Source of the DNA: an archaeon | GTDB lineage: Archaea > Nanobdellota > Nanobdellia > Pacearchaeales > GW2011-AR1 | Assembly: GCA_043815245.1 (NCBI GenBank) | Contig: JBDRJD010000028.1 | Coordinates: 1 to 60,170, forward strand | DNA: 60,170 bases | Direction: 5' to 3' | Shown: positions 27,806 to 34,247 of the stretch, one piece after another | How the letters are laid out: each line of letters begins with the position of its first letter | Position numbering within the stretch: the first letter of the stretch is position 1 | Translations under genes and position numbers: made by a program | The notes under the pieces: model-generated | Seen by the model: only the letters and a program-made list of their open reading frames with translations | Databases searched by the model: none | Told to the model about the DNA's origin: nothing

Positions 27806-28903
27806 CTAACATTCAACTAAATTTAAACTAGACTCTCTTTCTAAATAAAGTCTAGCAAGTTTTTCAACTTGAGAAAGATATCTAGGAGAAATATCTTCAA
27901 CTTCTTCAATGGCATAACTGCCTTCTTCAACTCTTGCCCAAACTGGTTTATCAAGCAGTCCGGCAGCTATGTCATGTTCATCCCATGGATGATCTGCAAT
28001 TAGTTCTAATTTTTGCAAAATAGAGTCATAAGGTTCTGTTAAAATGTTTCCAACAAGCTCTCTTTTACTTTCAGAAAACCAGGAGTAAAAAGAAACATCG
28101 CCGTTATTTTCTAGAAATGTATAGGGGTGGTTATGGAAAGGGGGGTCTCTTATTCCTACAAACTGAATTCTAGAATCTTCTTTTTCTAGCATTTTTTCTT
28201 CTGCAAGAAGAAAGTATGCATATAAGCAATCTGAATAACCTTTTTCTGGGTTGCCAGTAGGAGAGATGGCAATTACTTTTTTATATCTTTCAAATAGTTC
28301 TAATTTTTGTTTTTTATTTTTTGCCTTATCAGCTTGTTTTAAAACTCGCATTCTTGCAAGATCATAGTTAAATTCGTAAATTCTCCAGTAATCAAAATCG
28401 GTTTTCTCAAGCTTTTTGAAAAGCTTGGGCATTTCTTTAGAATTTAAGGCAGTGAAAACAGTATGCCAGCCTAGTTGCATTCCATTGTCTTTAATTGCCT
28501 TTGCAAGTTCAGGAAGTTGTTCATAAGTGCTTACAAATTGTCTGCTTCTAAGAGTTTCTTGTATTCCTAGAGTGGTTGAGTCAATTGGAAGTGCAATGTC
28601 GTCTACAAATCTAGCAAGAGTTTCAATTTTTTTGGAAGTTAAAAGAAGTCCGTTAGTGTGATAACTTATTTTGGTTCTGCCTTGGTGAAGAATTTTTAAT
28701 GCAGAATCTAAATCTTTAACTAGAGAAGGATCTCCGCCGCCGATTGTGACTTTTTTTACGCCAGATTCAGCTAGAATCCCGGCCAGTTTTACAAGTTGTT
28801 CTCTGTCTTCTGAAGTCTGCGTGTCAGGCTTAAAGCAATAGATGCAGTTATCATTACAGCGAGAAGTTACAAACCAGTGTATGTGCTGTCCATAGCTTTC
28901 CAT
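27806..28903 (-). CDS. Viperin-like radical SAM protein
   Basis: HWFVTSRCNDNCIYCF, VTIGGGDP, HTNG, ALPIDS, HTV...N, YWRIYEF, YTFLENNG. ATG 28903 is coupled to the dcd stop (TAAAATG). Confidence 0.7.
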   Translation of the reverse strand: MESYGQHIHWFVTSRCNDNCIYCFKPDTQTSEDREQLVKLAGILAESGVKKVTIGGGDPSLVKDLDSALKILHQGRTKISYHTNGLLLTSKKIETLARFVDDIALPIDSTTLGIQETLRSRQFVSTYEQLPELAKAIKDNGMQLGWHTVFTALNSKEMPKLFKKLEKTDFDYWRIYEFNYDLARMRVLKQADKAKNKKQKLELFERYKKVIAISPTGNPEKGYSDCLYAYFLLAEEKMLEKEDSRIQFVGIRDPPFHNHPYTFLENNGDVSFYSWFSESKRELVGNILTEPYDSILQKLELIADHPWDEHDIAAGLLDKPVWARVEEGSYAIEEVEDISPRYLSQVEKLARLYLERESSLNLVEC

Positions 28904-28904
28904 T

Positions 28905-30848
28905 TTAACTAGATGGAGGGGCGAGCCAGGAAATTTGATCAAGGGGAAGAGTTCTCTCAATAGTCCCAGGCATATCTCCAATATCGTGGTATTCGGAAGA
29001 TTTAGTTGCAGCGTAAATTGCATCAAGTTGAGGAATTAAAGTACGAGTCCAGGTTTCAACATTATACTCCGAATCTTTTAAAACTCCCCTTAACTTGTTC
29101 AGAGACATCATTTCCCACCAAGCAATTGAATCTTCTCTTGGAGTAATCTTACCATTAACATGTATTGCATAAATCAGACCAAAGTGCACTCTATCTACGG
29201 GTTGATCTCGTATGAACATTGTTCCGTATAAGTGCGGTCGAGTTACCTGGCCTGAAACTCTAACTTCTTCTTCAAGAACTTCTCTTCTGATATTGTTTAA
29301 GACAAAGTTAGGCTGTTCTGTATCTCTACTTCTGTCTTCAATTCTTATATGCCCCCCAAGAGCTATTGAAAACTTATCAAATAGCCTTTTATCTCCATAT
29401 AGTTTGTAGTCTTTTGCTCTTACATAGGAAAAAACCTTCTTGTCTTGATCAAACATTACTACATATGGGATTACCTGCAGGACGGACTCATCATCTTCAC
29501 AGTCATATCTTGAGTGGAAAAAAGGATTGCCTTCTATTAGTTCCAGAAGTCTTGGAAGAGTTTCTGGGTGCACTGGTTCAAGACCTTCAGGATAAGTTCT
29601 TAAATCATGGAATTTTTTTGCATCTTCAACTAAGACAATTCTGGAGAGGGCGTCTACATTTTTTCCAGCAATATCGAAGTCAAGTCCTTGGAAATATTTT
29701 GCTGTTTTAGGGCCTTTTTGAAATTGATAGTGGGAGCCTACTTCTCCGTAAACTTTGTCTGGAGTGGTAGTCCTAAATAGAACAATGTCACTTATCGCCA
29801 TGCCGTCATCGATTTCTGCATCTTGTGTGGGTATAATCTCAAAAACTAGATCACCTATAAATCCAGGGTCTATAAATCCTGCAAAATGTAATCTTCCCCT
29901 AAGACCTACGTCTGCATGTGCCCTAAGTACTGCGTTTAAGTGAGGGGGGATATTAAGTACTTCTTTAGAAGCAATAAGGTAGTGCTCCCCTTCTTTAAAG
30001 GTTAGCTTTCCCTCTAAATCAGATTTGAGCGGTTCAAAATAATCTTCTGCTCTACGCGCAAACTTTGCACCAAGATCTACTGGTTCAGGATTTTGTCTTG
30101 CTCTTAGTGCGCACACTCCTTTGGTGTATTGCCCTAAAGTGTCAAGATGTAGCTGAACTGCTGATTCCTCGGTGAGTCTTGGTGAGTTAATAGGTAGTGC
30201 TGCCCACCCCATTTCAGGAGTTGCTTCCCAGAGTAATGGAGTTGATTCATTTTCTTTTAAAATTTCTTTGCTTGTTAACATAGAATCAATTCCTTGATAG
30301 AATCTTAGCTGGTTTAATGCGAGTCCTGGACGGATGATATGATTAAATGCAAGAGGTTGAAGTAAAAGCCAGAGTTGCAAGTGTTCTGAGTTAGGGCCTG
30401 GCTCTGAAATCTCGTCATAACAGCCTTGGTAATCTGCAAGTAACCTTGTATCAAGAAAAACTCTTCCTGTAGAGCTTTTGGGAGATGATTTTACTAGCTT
30501 AATTTGAGGGCCTAGTTGTATTCTTTCTTCTAAAGGGGCAAGGTAGGTAAACCCTTTTTTTATTTCATACCCCTCAGAAATATCAACTTGTTCTCTTCTT
30601 TTTTTAGGCAACTCGAGAAGAGATCTCCATACTGTTTTTCCTTTCTCCGGTTTCCAAAGGCCTTCTTCTGGGTCTAGACGGTAAATTGTGTCTCCTATTA
30701 TAGGGTCACAGGAAGCTGGCTGAATACGCGTGTCGGAGATTAGGGAGGGTTTAGTCCTAGTTGCTTCTGAAGATGGAATCTGCAAAACTCCGGATTCAAT
30801 TAGTCCTCTAATTTCTTGATAAGCTAAGCAAGATCCCCTTTCTGTCAT
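28905..30848 (-). CDS. dcd: Long-form (two-domain) dCTP deaminase fused to a COG4112/YmaB-like NUDIX hydrolase
   Basis: IQPAS.D, PKSSTGR, HFAGFIDPGF, GSHYQ.Q; C-terminal R...E.D...LQVIPY, S+ALGGHI, RE..EE, VHFG.IY, ETW. Confidence 0.82.
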   Translation of the reverse strand: MTERGSCLAYQEIRGLIESGVLQIPSSEATRTKPSLISDTRIQPASCDPIIGDTIYRLDPEEGLWKPEKGKTVWRSLLELPKKRREQVDISEGYEIKKGFTYLAPLEERIQLGPQIKLVKSSPKSSTGRVFLDTRLLADYQGCYDEISEPGPNSEHLQLWLLLQPLAFNHIIRPGLALNQLRFYQGIDSMLTSKEILKENESTPLLWEATPEMGWAALPINSPRLTEESAVQLHLDTLGQYTKGVCALRARQNPEPVDLGAKFARRAEDYFEPLKSDLEGKLTFKEGEHYLIASKEVLNIPPHLNAVLRAHADVGLRGRLHFAGFIDPGFIGDLVFEIIPTQDAEIDDGMAISDIVLFRTTTPDKVYGEVGSHYQFQKGPKTAKYFQGLDFDIAGKNVDALSRIVLVEDAKKFHDLRTYPEGLEPVHPETLPRLLELIEGNPFFHSRYDCEDDESVLQVIPYVVMFDQDKKVFSYVRAKDYKLYGDKRLFDKFSIALGGHIRIEDRSRDTEQPNFVLNNIRREVLEEEVRVSGQVTRPHLYGTMFIRDQPVDRVHFGLIYAIHVNGKITPREDSIAWWEMMSLNKLRGVLKDSEYNVETWTRTLIPQLDAIYAATKSSEYHDIGDMPGTIERTLPLDQISWLAPPSS

Positions 30849-30901
30849 TTTTTAGAGAGCATTTTAGTTTTTTAAATGATTATGATAGTGGAATATAGAG
30901 A

Positions 30902-31522
30902 TTACAAGGATAGTCTTTGCTTTGCTTCGTATCTTATTCTATCCTGCATTCCATCAATATCTCCGTGGGCATAAGGAAGGACAAAAAAAATATCTGAGTT
31001 TAATTCTGCAATTTCTCTGTATCCTTTACAAACTCTCTGATGAAATTCAATTGCTTCGCTTTCAAATCTGTCTGCACCTGCGTTTTTTAATCCAACTTCA
31101 GGATCAAGGTCTATAAGAATTGCTAAATCAGGGCGCATTCCAAAAGTTACTTTTTCATTTAGGGTGCGGATATAATTTAGATCCATGCCCCTTCCATAAC
31201 CTTGATAAGCTTCAGAAGCGTATCTTCCTCTATCTTGGAGGATAATTCTTCCAGCGTTTCGAGCCGGTATAATGAGGCCTGCATAAATGTCTGCTCTTGC
31301 AGCTTCAAACAAGAGTAATTCTGCTAGGGGATCATGGAGTTCTGTTTCAGGAGATAATAGTATTCGTCTTATTGCTTCTCCAGCAGATGTTGCTCCGGGT
31401 TCTCTTGCTGTAAGGGGATTATAACCTTTCTCTCTTAACCATTCTTCAAATAAACTAATCTGAGTAGTTTTGCCGCAGCCCTCGCCGCCTTCAAACATAA
31501 TTAGCTTGCCTTTTTCTGACAT
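30902..31522 (-). CDS. tmk: Thymidylate (dTMP) kinase
   Basis: FEGGEGCGKTTQ, REPG, LLFEAAR, DR...S..AYQGYGRG, PDL. Confidence 0.92.
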   Translation of the reverse strand: MSEKGKLIMFEGGEGCGKTTQISLFEEWLREKGYNPLTAREPGATSAGEAIRRILLSPETELHDPLAELLLFEAARADIYAGLIIPARNAGRIILQDRGRYASEAYQGYGRGMDLNYIRTLNEKVTFGMRPDLAILIDLDPEVGLKNAGADRFESEAIEFHQRVCKGYREIAELNSDIFFVLPYAHGDIDGMQDRIRYEAKQRLSL

Positions 31523-31531
31523 TTTAGAAAA

Positions 31532-32704
31532 TTAAACTACTCTTGTTAGACCATTTGCTGGCCCCCAAACACAAGGAGAATCACAGCCTGTAGATTCAAT
31601 CTTGCACCTTGAAGTTGCGTTTGCAGCAATTTCTGGGCGAACTGATCCATACATTTCAGCAACAGCTTGGGTATTTTTCATTATTTCGTATTGAGCATGC
31701 CCGCAAAGGCGTTGGCGCATTTTTGAAATGTAATGCCTTGGAGTTCCGGTTTCATTTACTTTTAAAAACTGAGCTTGGGGAAAATCAGAGGTTGCAACTT
31801 CTTCTAAGTCTCCAGTCCACTCTCGAACTAGAGATCTATCCGGAAGTATAATTCCTGGAATAAAGAAACCAAGAGGAGCTCCTGGCTGATGTCCTCCAGA
31901 GATATGATAATCAATAGTTCTATGACGGTGAGCTTGTGCAAGTCCTGCAAAGCTCATTAGGTAATTAATTGCATAGGTATCTGCAAAATGCGGTGCAACT
32001 GTATGGGGTTGAAATAAACTGAGATGATGCTCTATTTTACTTGTTAAGTCAGCTTCTCTAAATTTTGCAATATCCTCTTGAGCAATAAATGCCTCAAAAC
32101 AATCTGCAAGCCTTGAAAACATTGGATTTCCGGACTGCCTATATTCTGGAATTAGAGCTTCCATTTCGTGAGCGATAAAATTAAGTTGTCTTAAGCTGAG
32201 AGTGTGAGTCATTTTTGTTGGAGTGAAAACAGAAGTCATGTAACGCGCGTTTTCTTGAACTAACTTTTTAATTGCAACTTGTCTATCTTCTGAATTACCC
32301 ATTGCAGGATAGACTGCACCAATTAAAGGAGTTAGCCGGTCCATCCACTTGTCATAAAGTGCATTTTGAACTGGCTCAATATCCTCCATTCTAGTATACC
32401 TAGCTGATTTTTCTGAAGTAGCCATGTCTTGCTCGTTATTAAGGACCATTGCCATAATCTTTGGGAGGCCTTGCATGTAAAAGCTAAGAGTTGTGTGTTC
32501 AAACGGGCTATGATGCCCAGATGTAAGTAAGCGGTCCATTAGAGCTGCTTTATCTTGCTCATTTTGCACGACTACAAAGTCTTTATCAGTATAACAGACT
32601 CTTGCATTATCTCTTCCAAATTTCAACATTGGTTCAAGATTTCTCCAGCCTTCTGTTGCCCCTATTAACTCAATTCTCATGGCTGCACCATCTTTTTCTG
32701 CCAT
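31532..32704 (-). CDS. thyX: Flavin-dependent thymidylate synthase, tandem ThyX domains
   Basis: GHHSPFEH, SEKSARY, Q.NARY..., second-domain AQAHRHR. ATG 32704 lies 23 nt below the TATA at 32728-33. Confidence 0.8.
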   Translation of the reverse strand: MAEKDGAAMRIELIGATEGWRNLEPMLKFGRDNARVCYTDKDFVVVQNEQDKAALMDRLLTSGHHSPFEHTTLSFYMQGLPKIMAMVLNNEQDMATSEKSARYTRMEDIEPVQNALYDKWMDRLTPLIGAVYPAMGNSEDRQVAIKKLVQENARYMTSVFTPTKMTHTLSLRQLNFIAHEMEALIPEYRQSGNPMFSRLADCFEAFIAQEDIAKFREADLTSKIEHHLSLFQPHTVAPHFADTYAINYLMSFAGLAQAHRHRTIDYHISGGHQPGAPLGFFIPGIILPDRSLVREWTGDLEEVATSDFPQAQFLKVNETGTPRHYISKMRQRLCGHAQYEIMKNTQAVAEMYGSVRPEIAANATSRCKIESTGCDSPCVWGPANGLTRVV

Positions 32705-32844
32705 ACTCAAATCCAGGATCAGAACTTTATAAAGAAGGTTGCAACAGAAAGTATATTTTGAAAAATACTATTGAGAAATAGTTAAGTTTAAATAAGACTT
32801 CAGGATAGTTTTGATATGCAAGAATTGAAGAGGTGTGAAGGAAA

Positions 32845-33177
32845 ATGGCAGAGGCAAAGAACGGAGTTGAAGAAATCACTGGGAATAATATTGAAGAGAA
32901 GTTGGGAAAACCTCTCGTAGTTCTAGATTTTTTTGCTGAGTGGTGTATGCCTTGTCTTATGATGGCTCCTGTTGTTGAAGAGCTACATGATAAGCTAAAG
33001 GGGAAGGTAACTTTTTTTAAGGTGAATATTGATGATCATCAGGACCTTGCTAGAAAGTTCAAAGTTGCTTCTATTCCTACATTAATAATTTTTAGTAAGG
33101 GTGTGGAAAAAGAGAGGATTGTAGGCAGTATACCTGCTGATGCAATTGAAGATAAAATTACGAGTTTTTTAAGCTAA
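32845..33177 (+). CDS. trxA: Thioredoxin (WCMPC variant)
   Basis: DFFAEWCMPC, VNID, SIPTL; GAGGTG SD. Confidence 0.88.
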   Translation: MAEAKNGVEEITGNNIEEKLGKPLVVLDFFAEWCMPCLMMAPVVEELHDKLKGKVTFFKVNIDDHQDLARKFKVASIPTLIIFSKGVEKERIVGSIPADAIEDKITSFLS

Positions 33178-33178
33178 G

Positions 33179-33628
33179 ATGGGAACAGGCTCTGGAAATG
33201 TGGATGTTGATGAAACAACTGAAATTATGAGGCGAGCTTTTAAAGTAAAGCCGGTTTTACAAGACTTAAGAGCTAGGCTTACTGAAGTAGTTTCTAAGCT
33301 AAATAAAAAAAGGCCGTTGAGAGAGAGATTACATAGAAGAACTTACGACTTGGAGACAGATGACGGAAATTTTTTAATTATCCGATCTGCACCCTTGCCT
33401 TATGGACCTGCAGCAGCATGGGGCTATAGGAAGGATCCAAAAACAGTAGCAAAAATTAATGTAGTGGAAAAACTAGAATCTGGAGATAAACTGCCTTCGC
33501 TAAGTTTAGAGGGGTATATTGAAGGGGGTTGGTGGGGTGCAGAAAGGATTGGGAGGGTGGTTAGTTATTTGCATGAAAAGCATAATATTCCAATTGGTGA
33601 TCTGGCAGAATATCTTCTTAGAGGATAG
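33179..33628 (+). CDS. Hypothetical protein
   Basis: 149-aa ORF abutting the trxA stop. Confidence 0.5.
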   Translation: MGTGSGNVDVDETTEIMRRAFKVKPVLQDLRARLTEVVSKLNKKRPLRERLHRRTYDLETDDGNFLIIRSAPLPYGPAAAWGYRKDPKTVAKINVVEKLESGDKLPSLSLEGYIEGGWWGAERIGRVVSYLHEKHNIPIGDLAEYLLRG

Positions 33629-33670
33629 TTGTAAGAAGTTTTTTAAAGTTAAATTATCTACTTTTCTTAA

Positions 33671-33742
33671 GGATCCGTAGCTCAATAAGGGAAGGGTCCC
33701 TTATCAACCCTCAGACACTGAGGATGTTCGCTACGTATCGAT
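33671..33742 (+). ncRNA. Predicted structured 72-nt 5' leader of pre-tRNA-Lys, beginning with a duplicate of tRNA nt 1-14
   Basis: GGATCCGTAGCTCA at 33671 and 33743; hairpins ATAAGGGA/TCCCTTAT and CCTCAG/CTGAGG; GCTACGTATC is complementary to the repeat; TATA TTTAAA 33642-47 is 23 nt upstream. Confidence 0.55.
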
Positions 33743-33865
33743 GGATCCGTAGCTCAGTTGGTTAGAGCACTGGCCTTTTACAAAAAACTTCGTTTTTTGT
33801 CCTTCAAAAAAACAATGTTTTTTGAAGTAAGCCAGGTGTCGGGGGTTCAAGTCCCTCCGGGTCCA
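33743..33865 (+). tRNA. trnK: tRNA-Lys (anticodon UUU) with 49-nt canonical 37/38 intron (33781-33829); CCA not encoded
   Basis: Full cloverleaf: GGATCCG/CGGGTCC, GCTC/GAGC, CTGGC/GCCAG, GGGGG-TTCAAGT-CCCTC. BHB with central helix CUUU/GAAG and inner A6/U6 helix. Confidence 0.93.
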
Positions 33866-34014
33866 TTTTAAGTATATATTTGGGTTTTTGACAAAATCGT
33901 CAAAATCCGAAAGGTTTAAAAACCTAATTTTGATTTCTTTTAGTATTATAGAGTTGTAATCGCAAATATGCAACTTGCACAACTAAATAAATAGCCTGCC
34001 TCAAATTATCTGAA

Positions 34015-34221
34015 ATGCACGTTCTACAGCCAAAACATTCTAAGACAAGCCAAAAAGAAGCGAAAGAGATATTGCAAAAACTGAATATATCTAGTTCTCA
34101 GTTGCCAAAAATCAATGTAGAAGACCCGGCACTACCAGAAGGTTGTGAAGAGGGAGATTTAATAAAAATTGAGAGGAAGACTGACAAAGGGACTGTAGTT
34201 TATTATCGTATTGTGGTTTAA
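34015..34221 (+). CDS. rpo5: RNA polymerase subunit Rpo5 (H)
   Basis: HVLQPKH, QLPKI...DP, GD.IKI.R, YYRIV. Confidence 0.93.
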   Translation: MHVLQPKHSKTSQKEAKEILQKLNISSSQLPKINVEDPALPEGCEEGDLIKIERKTDKGTVVYYRIVV

Positions 34222-34247
34222 ATCAATGGAAAAAAATTTTTAATACA

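Noticed and set aside
28904-29026. N-terminal extension of the radical SAM ORF
   Set aside because: It overlaps the dcd 3' end. The coupled ATG at 28903 lies just before the CxxxCxxC motif.
32816-32920. Out-of-frame ATG 23 nt after TATA 32787-92
   Set aside because: It gives a short ORF overlapping trxA. trxA has its own SD, so this is more simply read as a leadered transcript.
33671-33741. Second tRNA or split/permuted tRNA half
   Set aside because: The length is tRNA-like, but D, anticodon and T arms do not pair in cloverleaf register, there is no TTC loop and there is no complete BHB.
33675-33752. Trans-pairing between the ACCTACGG/TTCCCTTA motif and the tRNA leader (CCGTAG, TAAGGGAAGG)
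   Set aside because: The complementary words exist, but they are short and their spacing is mismatched, so chance cannot be excluded.
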